Both the position numbers and the translations under genes were made by a program. The notes below the pieces were generated by a model. The model saw only the letters and a program-made list of their open reading frames with translations. It ran no database searches and had not been told where the DNA came from. A DNA stretch of 35,431 nucleotides from positions 1 to 35,431 of the forward strand of contig JBGAJT010000001.1 of assembly GCA_044224785.1 (NCBI GenBank). Direction: 5' to 3'. Positions 26,248 to 34,396 of this stretch are shown in pieces. Each line of letters starts with the position of its first letter. Positions within the stretch are counted from its first letter, which is position 1. The stretch is from Candidatus Nanopelagicales bacterium (GTDB taxonomy: Bacteria; Actinomycetota; Actinomycetes; S36-B12; CAIYMF01).

Positions 26248-27581
26248 CGGTCGACGTCGACGCCGCCGTGATCGGCGGCGGCGCCGCCGGCATGGTCTCC
26301 GCCCTGCGCGCGGCGCGCGGCGGCCTGACGGTCGCGCTGTTCGAGAAGTCGACGCAGCACGGCTGCAACACCCAGGTGTCGAGCGGCTCGCTGGCGGCAG
26401 CGGGCACGCGGTGGCAACGGGCTGTGGGCATCGAGGACTCCCCGCAGCAGCAGGCCGACGACATCGTTCGCGAGAGCGGCGACGAGTCGACCCGGCAGCT
26501 GGTCGAGGCGCTGTGCGCGGTCGCACCGGCGTACCTCGAGTGGCTCGACGGCGAGCTCGGGCACAGCCTGGAGCTCGGCGGCGACATGCGGCGCCACGGC
26601 ATGTCGGTGCCGCGCCTGCACACCGATCCGGCGCGCTCGGGCGGGACGGCTCTCGTGCGCACGCTGCGCTCGGCCATCGCCGCCGACGACCGGATCGCGT
26701 TCGTCGACGGCACTCCGGGGGTCGGGCTGCTGTCCGAGGGCGGTCGCGTCGTCGGCGCCGCGGTGCTGCAGAACGGCGAGCGCGTCGAGGTGCGCTCGCA
26801 CGCGGTGGTCCTGGCGTCCGACGGCTTCGCGGCGAACGCGGACCTGCTCGCGACGTACATCCCCGAGGCGGTCGACGACGTGTTCCAGGGCGTCTCGACG
26901 TCGACGGGGGACGCGCTCGCGTGGGCGACGGAGCTCGGCGCCGCGACGCGGTGCATGACCTCGTTCCTCGGCAGCGGCATGGTCGTGCCCGGCTACGCGA
27001 CCCGGGTCAACCCGTCGCTCCCCTTCCGCGGCGCGCTGCTCGTCGGCCTCGACGGGCGCCGGTTCGTCGACGAGCACGAGCACGGCTACTCCTCGCTCGC
27101 GACGGTGCTGCGCATGCTGCCGGGCCGTCGCGCGGTGCTCGTGTGGGACGACGTGCTGCACGGCCCGTCGCTGCAGTCCGAGCTCATGCGCGAGTCGGAG
27201 CGGGCTGGCGCGTTCCGCCGGTACGCCGACGCGGCGGCGCTGTGCGCAGCGCTCGGCGTCGACGCCGACGCGTTCGCGACGACCGTGGCCGGGTTCGTCG
27301 GGTGGGACGAGGTGACCGGCACCCGTCGCGCCCTGGCCGCGCCGTACTGGGCCGCTCCGCTCACGAGCGGAATCCTCGCGACGCAGGGCGGCCTCGACAT
27401 CGACACCACAGGTCGGGTGCTGCGCACCGACGGGTCCTGGATCGAGGGCCTGTACGCCGCGGGCGGCACCGCCGCCGGCATCAGCGGCCCGTCCTCGCGC
27501 GGCTACTCCTCCGGCAACGGCCTGCTGCACGCGCTGGGTCTCGGCTGGATCATCGGCAACCACCTCGCCACGAACCGTTGA
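26244..27581 (+). CDS. FAD-dependent oxidoreductase (FAD_binding_2) #3
   Basis: GGGAAG, 'CNTQVSSG', 'LASDGFAAN', 'GRRFVDE', 'TQGGL' and 'GLYAAGGTAAGISG...GYSSGNGL'. ATGA overlap with the upstream gene. Confidence 0.87.
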   Translation: MTVDVDAAVIGGGAAGMVSALRAARGGLTVALFEKSTQHGCNTQVSSGSLAAAGTRWQRAVGIEDSPQQQADDIVRESGDESTRQLVEALCAVAPAYLEWLDGELGHSLELGGDMRRHGMSVPRLHTDPARSGGTALVRTLRSAIAADDRIAFVDGTPGVGLLSEGGRVVGAAVLQNGERVEVRSHAVVLASDGFAANADLLATYIPEAVDDVFQGVSTSTGDALAWATELGAATRCMTSFLGSGMVVPGYATRVNPSLPFRGALLVGLDGRRFVDEHEHGYSSLATVLRMLPGRRAVLVWDDVLHGPSLQSELMRESERAGAFRRYADAAALCAALGVDADAFATTVAGFVGWDEVTGTRRALAAPYWAAPLTSGILATQGGLDIDTTGRVLRTDGSWIEGLYAAGGTAAGISGPSSRGYSSGNGLLHALGLGWIIGNHLATNR

Positions 27582-27584
27582 TAG

Positions 27585-27618
27585 GTGCTGTGCCGCCGGT
27601 ATTCCGGCGGCACAGCAC
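27585..27618. terminator. Perfect 15-bp hairpin between convergent genes
   Basis: GTGCTGTGCCGCCGG-TATT-CCGGCGGCACAGCAC between the stops at 27581 (+) and 27622 (-). Confidence 0.75.
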
Positions 27619-27621
27619 ACA

Positions 27622-28902
27622 TCAACGGAGGTCTTCGGGGTCGTCGACGCGGGCGAGGAGGCGCGACCCCCGCCCGAGCGCGAAGAAGGCACCGACGAGC
27701 AGCAGGCCGAGGCCTGCCACGACCATCGTGGCGCGCGGGCCGACGTGGTCGGACAGCGCACCCTGCAGCAGCGCGCCGATGGGCGTCGAGACCATGTAGA
27801 CCATGAGGCGCACGGCCATCACGCGGCCGCGCAGGCGCTGCGCGACGATGAGCTGCACCGCGGTGTTCCCCGACGACACCGACATGAGGAAGCCGAGGCC
27901 CAGCGCCCCGAGCGCGAGCGACCCGGTGACGACGTTGGGCGACAGCCCGAACGCCACCACCGCGACCGCCTGCAGGAGCAGGCCGTACAGCAGGGTCGCG
28001 CGCAGCCCGCGATGGCCCTTGGCCCGGACCACGAGCGGCACCGCGAGGATCGCCCCGATGCCCAGCGCCGCGTTCATCACGCCGAGCGCGACCGGGCCGA
28101 CGCCGTACACCGACCCCGCGAACACGACGGTGAAGCCGAACGCCGGAGTCGCGAGGAGCCCGATGAGGCCGACCGTCACCACGACGACCGCGATGCCCGG
28201 CTGGGTGGGGATGTAGCGGACGGCCTCGACGAAGCCGGACACCAGCCGCGTGGTCGCCGCGTTGGCGACCGACCGGGCCCGGACGAGCGCGAGCGCGCCC
28301 ACGACCACCACGAACGACGCCGCGTTGAGGGCGAACGCGGGGCCTGGCCCGAGCGTCGCGATGACGATGCCCGCGATGGCCGGACCGAGGGACCGCGCCG
28401 CGTTGAACTGCAAAGAGTTCAGGGAGACGGCGCTCACCAGGTCCTCGCGCGGCACGAGGTCGTTCACGAAAGCCTACCACGACGGCATCGTCATGCCCCA
28501 CACCAGGCCGATCGCGGCGACGAGGCCGAGGATCACGCCGACCGAGTGGGCGCCTGCCGCGTAGACCCACCACAGGAGCAGCGCGAGCGCCGACAGGACG
28601 CTGAGGAAGGTCATGAGCAGGCGATGCCGCTCACGGGTGTCGGCGAGGTGGCCGCCGAGCGGGCTGCCGAAGAAGCCCGGGAGGAACTGCGCGGCGGTCG
28701 CTGCGCCGACCCACAGTGCGCTGTGGGTGATCTCGAAGATGACGTACGGGACCGTGAGGTTCTGCAGCCACGAGCCGGTGTTCGAGATCAGGGCACCGGT
28801 CCAGAAGATCGCGTAGTCGCGGTGGCGGAAGGCGCGCAGGGCGCCCTCGCGCGGCGGTGCGATCGCGGCAGCGCCGTCGTCGGACTCCGCCGCCGTGCTC
28901 AC
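27622..28902 (-). pseudogene. MFS transporter (MFS_3-like) interrupted by an in-frame TAG
   Basis: ORFs 28474-28953 and 27622-28467 share one frame and read ...MTMPSW*AFVNDLVPRE..., with the stop at 28474-28476 where homologs usually have Gln. GGAGGAGG RBS precedes GTG 28902. Confidence 0.85.
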
Positions 28903-28927
28903 CCGCGCCTCCTCCGCCTCTCGCGCC

Positions 28928-28980
28928 ACCGTAACCGGAGTGCGCGCGCACACGGAGGAAGCCGTCCCGACCGCCGGAAC
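28928..28980 (-). promoter_or_regulatory. Promoter with putative IclR-type box upstream of the MFS pseudogene
   Basis: GTTCCGGCGGTCGGGAC (28964-28980, minus strand), 30 nt, then TACGGT -10 (28928-28933). Confidence 0.58.
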
Positions 28981-29044
28981 ATCGACCCCGAGATGTCGAG
29001 CGTCGACAGGCTCCCGCCGTACGACGTCCTACCTCTCGGTCGTG

Positions 29045-29554
29045 TCAGCCGACGGCGCGCGTCACCAGGTCGGTGATGCGCTTCTCGTCGGCCTTGGTGA
29101 TGGCGGTGATCGCGAACGACGTGGCCCACATGCTGCCCTCGTCGAGCTGCGCCGGGTCCTGGAAGCCGAGCGTGCAGTAGCGGGCCTTGAACTTGCCGGC
29201 GTCCTGGAAGAAGCAGACGACCTTGCCGCTCTTCGCGTACGCCGGCATGCCGTACCAGGTGCGCACCTCGAGGTCGGGTGCCGCAGCCAGGACGAGCGCG
29301 TGCACCTTCTCGGCGATCGCCCGGTCCTGGTCGTCCATGGCGGCGATCTTGGCCAGCACGTCGGCGAGGCCGTCGGCCTTCCCGGCCTTCTGCGCCCGGC
29401 GCTCCTTCGCCGCCTCCTTCATCGCGGCCTTCTCCTCGGCGGAGAACGCGCCGGCGTCGGCCTTCGCGGCAGCGGTCTTCCTCGCGGCGGTCTTCGTGGC
29501 GGCGGTGCCCGTGGCGGTCTTGCTGGCGGAGGTCTTCTTGGCGGCGGCCATCAT
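29045..29554 (-). CDS. DUF1801/YdhG-like protein with a Lys/Ala/Thr-rich N-terminal tail
   Basis: 'FSAEEKAAMKE', 'RTWYGMPAYAKSGKVVCFFQDAGKFKARYCTLGF' and 'MWATSFA'. RBS AAGGAG. Confidence 0.82.
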   Translation of the reverse strand: MMAAAKKTSASKTATGTAATKTAARKTAAAKADAGAFSAEEKAAMKEAAKERRAQKAGKADGLADVLAKIAAMDDQDRAIAEKVHALVLAAAPDLEVRTWYGMPAYAKSGKVVCFFQDAGKFKARYCTLGFQDPAQLDEGSMWATSFAITAITKADEKRITDLVTRAVG

Positions 29555-29734
29555 CGGCTCCTTCGTCGTCGAGTGGCACGAGCATGCCAAGACGTGCGGG
29601 AGAACGCTTCTCCGATCCTGCTCGCGCAGTGCCGGAACCGTCACGGTCGATGCACCTCGACGAGGGAAAGCGTCGTCAGGTCCGAGCCGGACGAGATCCT
29701 GCCTGTCGTCGGCCGCACGGGGCCGGCCGCGTGC

Positions 29735-30436
29735 TTACGCGGTGGCGCGCTTGCGGGCCTCGGCGAAGACCTGGGCGAGGACCTCCTCGGGCTGGGCGCC
29801 CTGGAGGGCGACCGCGGCGGGCGAGAGCCCGTACGCCGGGTCGATGTCGGCACCGGCGTCGGCGACGAAGGTGGGCACGGCGTTGACGCCGAGCTCGCGC
29901 CCGAGCTGGAACGAGGCGTCGAGGCGCGCGAGGTCGAACGCGGCGACGCGGGCCTCCACCTCGTCGCGGGTCTCCCCCGAGGCCTCCGCGGCCACGGCGT
30001 AGCAGACCTCGGGCTCGGTGATGTCGAGGCCCTTCTCGAAGTACGCCGAGTACATCGCGAGCAGCACGGTGCGCTGGCGCGGGTCGCCGTCGTAGGACAG
30101 GACGACGCCGTGCGCGAAGCGGGTGTTGGCCGCCTTGGGCATGCGCGCGTGGTCGATGGCGAGCCCGACCTCCGCGGCGACCGACTCGGTGCGTGCGAAC
30201 GCCTCGTCGACCGCTGCCTCGCCGCCGAAGATCTCGGCGTAGTGCGAGCGCATCGGCAGGCCCTCCGGCGGCAGCGCCGGGTTGAGCTGGTAGGGCCGGT
30301 GCCGCACCTCGACCTCGCGACCTGCGGCGCGCTCGACCTCGAGGGCGCGGTTGAGCCGGGTCTGCCCGATGAAGCACCACGGGCAGGCGATGTCGGCCCA
30401 CATGTCCAGGCGCACGGTCTCGGTCAGGTCGCTCAC
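29735..30436 (-). CDS. DsbA-family (FrnE-like) oxidoreductase
   Basis: 'WADIACPWCFIG', 'PYQLNP', 'ANTRFAH', 'GVNAVPTFV' and 'GAQP'. GAGG RBS precedes GTG 30436. Confidence 0.9.
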   Translation of the reverse strand: MSDLTETVRLDMWADIACPWCFIGQTRLNRALEVERAAGREVEVRHRPYQLNPALPPEGLPMRSHYAEIFGGEAAVDEAFARTESVAAEVGLAIDHARMPKAANTRFAHGVVLSYDGDPRQRTVLLAMYSAYFEKGLDITEPEVCYAVAAEASGETRDEVEARVAAFDLARLDASFQLGRELGVNAVPTFVADAGADIDPAYGLSPAAVALQGAQPEEVLAQVFAEARKRATA

Positions 30437-30516
30437 GTCGGTCCTCGTCTCGTCGGCAGGTCTGTCGCGGGCAGGTCTCCCCAGCAGCCAACCAGGCACG
30501 CCGCGCCGCCATTCCC

Positions 30517-30607
30517 ACGTCACTGCCCGAACGCACGGATATTGAGCCCGTTTCCGTGCGTCCGGGCAGTGACGTCGAGGGATCCGTGCGTCGGAGCAGT
30601 GACGTGG
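30517..30607. repeat. REP-like palindrome cluster (three arms)
   Basis: ACGTCACTGCCCGAACGCACGGA (30517-30539) pairs with 30553-30575 (1 mismatch). A third arm lies at 30583-30607. Confidence 0.75.
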
Positions 30608-30643
30608 CGACCAGCCCCGCTGGGACGGGTCGGCGTACCGGGA

Positions 30644-31834
30644 TCAGCCGCCGGAGACGGAGAGCTCCGCGGCGGAGATGCCGGCGAGGAAGCCGTCGAG
30701 GTCGTCGGGGTCGTCGAGCCAGCCGTCGGGCAGCGCGACCCGCTTGCCCGGCTGGGTCCGGCCGCGCGGGCCCTCGGCCACCTCGCCGGGCCAGGGCTGG
30801 TCGAGGTCGAGCATCTCGAGCCAGTGGTCGACCTCGTCGAGCGACGACACCATCGCGAGGCCCTGGCGCACCTCGTGCGGCGCGCTGAACCCCTTGAGGT
30901 ACCAGGCGATGTGCTTGCGGAAGTCGCGCGGTCCCTTGTCCTCGCCGAGCACCTCGACGAGGAGCGCCGCGTGCCGCCGCATCGCGGCGACGACGTCGCG
31001 CAGGCCCGGGTCGGCGGGGATCTCACGACCGGTGAACGACGCCGCGAGCTGCCCGAACAGCCACGGCCGCCCGAGGCACCCGCGGCCGACGACGACGCCC
31101 GCCGCCCCGGTCTCCTCCACCATCCGGCGCGCGTGCCGGTGCGTCCAGATGTCGCCGTTGCCGAGCACGGGTACGCCGTAGGGCTCGAGCTCCTCGACCA
31201 GGCGCGCGATCGTCGACCAGTCGGCGGTGCCGCCGTAGAGCTGCGAGGCGGTGCGGCCGTGCAGGGCGACCCAGGCGGCGCCCTCCTCGGCGGCGGCGCG
31301 GCCGGCCTCGAGGTAGGTGATGTGCTCGTCGTCGACGCCGACGCGCATCTTCACCGTCACGGGCACCGGCTCGCGGCCGTGCACCCGCGCGGACTCCGCG
31401 GCGGTCGTCACGGCGGAGCGCACGATCGCGCGGAACAGGCCGCGCTTCCAGGGCAGCGCGCTGCCGCCGCCCTTGCGCGTCACCTTCGGCACCGGGCAGC
31501 CGAAGTTCAGGTCGATGTGGTCGGCGCGGTCCTCGTCGACGAGCAGGTGCACCGCTGCCGCGACCGTCGACGGGTCGACGCCGTAGAGCTGCACGCTGCG
31601 CGGGCTCTCGTCGGGATCGGTCTCGATGAGCCGCATCGACTCCTCGTTGCGCTCGAGCAGCGCGCGCGAGGTGGTCATCTCGGTGACGTAGATCCCGGTG
31701 GCGGTGCCGTCGGTCGCGGCGCGCGCGTGCTCACGGGCGAGCCGGCGGAACGCGCGGTTGGTGATGCCCGCCATGGGTGCGAGCACGACCGGCACGCCAC
31801 CGCGCGCGAGCAGCTCGTACCCCGGATTCGTCAC
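30644..31834 (-). CDS. dusB: tRNA-dihydrouridine synthase DusB
   Basis: 'VVLAPMAGITN', 'QLYG', 'IDLNFGCPVPKVTRKGGG', 'VKMR', 'LHGRT', 'GNGDI', 'GRGCLGRPWLF' and 'RKHIAWY'. Confidence 0.95.
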   Translation of the reverse strand: MTNPGYELLARGGVPVVLAPMAGITNRAFRRLAREHARAATDGTATGIYVTEMTTSRALLERNEESMRLIETDPDESPRSVQLYGVDPSTVAAAVHLLVDEDRADHIDLNFGCPVPKVTRKGGGSALPWKRGLFRAIVRSAVTTAAESARVHGREPVPVTVKMRVGVDDEHITYLEAGRAAAEEGAAWVALHGRTASQLYGGTADWSTIARLVEELEPYGVPVLGNGDIWTHRHARRMVEETGAAGVVVGRGCLGRPWLFGQLAASFTGREIPADPGLRDVVAAMRRHAALLVEVLGEDKGPRDFRKHIAWYLKGFSAPHEVRQGLAMVSSLDEVDHWLEMLDLDQPWPGEVAEGPRGRTQPGKRVALPDGWLDDPDDLDGFLAGISAAELSVSGG

Positions 31835-31926
31835 ACGCCCAGTGTCCCAGAGCCCCCGACGTACGCCGAATCCGTCACGCCGGACCGAGCTGCTGCCGGA
31901 TCCGCCTCAGGACGACGCAGGACCCG

Positions 31927-31989
31927 CGACGTCACCGCTCGAACGCACGGCTTCTGGCTCGGGAACCGCGCATTCGGGCAGTGACGTCG
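31927..31989. repeat. REP-like palindrome, same family as 30517-30607
   Basis: CGACGTCACCGCTCGAACGCACGG ... CCGCGCATTCGGGCAGTGACGTCG. Confidence 0.7.
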
Positions 31990-32026
31990 ACAGGTCTGCG
32001 CGGGTGGACGGACGACGGGAGGAGGG

Positions 32027-32410
32027 TCAGTGGCCGTACTCGATGACGCGGGCGACGTCGACGACGACGTTGACGCGCGCGCCGGTCGCCCGCTCGACCC
32101 ACTCCTCGCCCGTGTACTTCTGCGACATCTCCTCGATGAGCTCGACCGCGCCGTCGTCCTCCAGGGTCGCGGTGCCCACGAGCGTGACGAACCGGTACGG
32201 GTCCTGCGCGTCGAGGACCAGCACGCTGATGCGCGGGTCGGCGAGCAGGTGGCGCTCCTTCACCCGCCCGCGCACGGTCGAGAACACGACCTTCCCGTCG
32301 CGCTCGCCCGCCCACACCACCGTCTGGTGCGGGGTGCCGTCGGCGGCGAGGGTCGCGATGGTGGCGAAGTTGGGTCCGGCGAGGAGCTCTCGCGCGAGGT
32401 CGGTCAGCAT
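32027..32410 (-). CDS. PPOX-class F420-dependent oxidoreductase
   Basis: 'NFATIATLAADGTPHQTVVW', 'STVRGRVKERHLLADPRIS', 'PYRFV' and 'SQKYTG'. Confidence 0.88.
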   Translation of the reverse strand: MLTDLARELLAGPNFATIATLAADGTPHQTVVWAGERDGKVVFSTVRGRVKERHLLADPRISVLVLDAQDPYRFVTLVGTATLEDDGAVELIEEMSQKYTGEEWVERATGARVNVVVDVARVIEYGH

Positions 32411-32424
32411 GCGCCGATCCTGCC

Positions 32425-33030
32425 TCATCCGCGCACGACGAGCGCCGGGTGCCGCGGATCGTCGACCCGGACGACGAGGTCCGCCAGCGACTCGGGGTCG
32501 CGCTCGGCGACGTAGCGACCCAGGGCGGGCAGCGTCCACGCCTGGTCGTCCGGCGTACGCCGCACCAGCGCGGCCGGCGTCAGCCGCAGGTGCACCGCGA
32601 CCTCTGCCGGGAGACCGCGACCGAGCAGCACCGCGCCGGACACGACCACGACGCCGTCCTCGGGCAGCTCCACGACCGCAGCGCGCACCGACCGGTCGGT
32701 GACCGGGTCGCGCAGCGCGGGCAGCACCCGGCCGCTGTCGGGGAACCGGTCGAGCACCTCGCGGCGCAGCGCGCCGTCGTCGAGCCAGTCGTGCAGGAAC
32801 GCGTCCTCGTCCTGCTTGCCGTACTCGAAGCGCTGGCCGGCCGGACGCCAGAACGACGACGCCCGCACGTGGACAGCGGGCCGTGGTGCCAGCGCCGCGA
32901 CGAGCCGGTCGCCGAGCTCCGCCGGATCGGCCGCGTCGGCGCCGTCGACGAGGACGCGCGCGCGGCCCGGGCCGAGCAGCGCCACGACCGCCTCGGCCAC
33001 GCCCTCGGGGGTGGAAGCGCGCACCTGCAC
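32425..33030 (-). CDS. Uridine-kinase-like P-loop protein (actinobacterial family, degenerate Walker A)
   Basis: 'RVLVDGADAADP', 'FWRPAGQRFEYG', 'WLDDGALRREVL' and 'ADLVVRVDDPRHPA'. Confidence 0.7.
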   Translation of the reverse strand: MQVRASTPEGVAEAVVALLGPGRARVLVDGADAADPAELGDRLVAALAPRPAVHVRASSFWRPAGQRFEYGKQDEDAFLHDWLDDGALRREVLDRFPDSGRVLPALRDPVTDRSVRAAVVELPEDGVVVVSGAVLLGRGLPAEVAVHLRLTPAALVRRTPDDQAWTLPALGRYVAERDPESLADLVVRVDDPRHPALVVRG

Positions 33031-33137
33031 GGGAACGATCCTGCCCGGCCGAACGGCCCACCCGTCCAGGGCCCCAGGGGCGAGCCGCAGGAGAGGTCGG
33101 CGCGGTACCTTCCCTATCGACTGAAAGGGCTCCCCCG

Positions 33138-33773
33138 ATGGCCGAGACGCTCGCGCTGGACCACGTCATCATCGGCGTGCCCGACCTCGACGACGCCGCA
33201 GCGCTGCTGCTCGTGCGCCACGGGCTCATCTCGCTGCCCGGCGGCGAGCACCCGGCCTGGGGGACGCGGAACCGGATCGTGCCGCTCGGCGGCTGCTACC
33301 TCGAGCTCGTGGAGGTGGCCGACCCGTCGGTCGCGGAGACCTCCGGCTTCGGCCGGTGGATCGCCGCGATGGCCCTCGGCGACGCGCCGTGGGGCTGGGT
33401 CGTGCGCTCCAGCGACCTCGATGCGACCGCAGCCCGCCTCGGGCTCGAGGTCGGTGCCGGGCAGCGCGTGCGGCCCGACGGCCTCCGGCTCTCGTGGCGG
33501 CTGGCCGGCGTCCCAGACCAGGACCCCGCCGAGCGGCTGCGTCCCTTCTTCATCCAGTGGGACGAGGGGACGCCGATACCCGGCGCCGTCGCCGTCCCGC
33601 ACCCGGCCGGGCAGGTCGCCGTCCGGTCCGTGACCGCGAGCGGCACCGACCTCGAGCCCTGGCTCGGATCGCCCGTGCCGCTGGTCGACCTCGAGCCCGG
33701 TATCGGCGGCATCGAGCGGATCACGCTGCTCGGCGACGACGGCGACCTCCTGGTCACCCCGCCGCTCGCCTGA
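33138..33773 (+). CDS. Glyoxalase-like (VOC, Glyoxalase_3) protein
   Basis: 'LDHVIIGVPDL', 'GGEHPAWGTRNRIVPLGGCYLEL', 'RPDGLRLSWRL' and 'PFFIQW'. RBS GAAAGG. Confidence 0.85.
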   Translation: MAETLALDHVIIGVPDLDDAAALLLVRHGLISLPGGEHPAWGTRNRIVPLGGCYLELVEVADPSVAETSGFGRWIAAMALGDAPWGWVVRSSDLDATAARLGLEVGAGQRVRPDGLRLSWRLAGVPDQDPAERLRPFFIQWDEGTPIPGAVAVPHPAGQVAVRSVTASGTDLEPWLGSPVPLVDLEPGIGGIERITLLGDDGDLLVTPPLA

Positions 33774-33874
33774 CGCTCACAACCTGCTCTCGACCTCGCC
33801 CCGCGGCGAAAGTCCGCACCCCTCGACGGCCGATGTGATCCACGACACCGGACCTACGAAGCGGGGCGAGACGG

Positions 33875-34384
33875 ATGAAGGCAGCATCGAGGGTCGCGAC
33901 CGTGCTCGTGACCGCCGCGACGGTGGCCGTCGTCTGCGGAGGCTGGGGCTCGGCGATGTCGTCGCCCGCGGACGCCCCCGCACCGGCATCCCTCACGACC
34001 GCCGCCGACGGGTCGGGCCGCGCAGCAGGTGGGAGGGCCACCGGCGACGTCTTCCTGCTCGCCTCGCAGTCCCTGCCGCAGGGACTCGCCCTGCCGAGCG
34101 GTGTCCGCCCGGCCAGCACCGCGCGCACGTTCGCCCGCGGCGAGCTGCGCGGCTGGGAGACCACCGTCGACCTCGGGCCCGTCGCCGTGACCACCGTGAT
34201 GCGCAGCCTGCGCGACGACCTGACTGCCCAGGGCTTCCAGCTGAGCGGCGGCTCGCACGACGTGTTCGGCATGCGTCAGCGCCACGGGCGCTGGGAGATC
34301 GTCGTCGCCAGGGTCGAGCACCACGGCCGCGCGGACGCGCAGCGCGACGTCCTCACCGTCGGGATCGGCAGCCGTCCCGCCTGA
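33875..34384 (+). CDS. Hypothetical exported protein
   Basis: Basic N-terminus followed by a hydrophobic stretch (signal-peptide-like), an Ala/Pro/Ser linker and a small domain. GC3-biased codons. Confidence 0.55.
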   Translation: MKAASRVATVLVTAATVAVVCGGWGSAMSSPADAPAPASLTTAADGSGRAAGGRATGDVFLLASQSLPQGLALPSGVRPASTARTFARGELRGWETTVDLGPVAVTTVMRSLRDDLTAQGFQLSGGSHDVFGMRQRHGRWEIVVARVEHHGRADAQRDVLTVGIGSRPA

Positions 34385-34396
34385 GACGCGACCGGC

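Noticed and set aside
21253-27581. Calling the flavoproteins fumarate reductase/SdhA or kstD
   Set aside because: They lack the His/Arg fumarate-site motifs and Fe-S/anchor partners, and are shorter than typical KstD. Only family-level calls are supportable.
28474-28476. Pyrrolysine or programmed amber readthrough in the MFS
   Set aside because: No pyl genes are in the window, other genes here end at TAG normally, and the position corresponds to a usual Gln, so a nonsense change is simpler.
30517-30607. Possible CRISPR array (also 8299-8406)
   Set aside because: The repeats are inverted arms with short loops, not direct repeats with unique ~30-40 nt spacers, and no cas genes are present.
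28895-31984. 1029-aa plus-strand ORF, and similar long ORFs at 8367-10706, 10637-13087, 12804-15200 and 17312-20092
   Set aside because: These are antisense or off-frame shadows of well-supported genes. They are Arg/Gly/Ala-rich with no motifs, as expected in high-GC DNA.
32920-32965. Broken P-loop in the uridine-kinase-like gene as a pseudogene sign
   Set aside because: The ORF is intact, and the DGAxAA variant is, to my knowledge, usual in this actinobacterial family.
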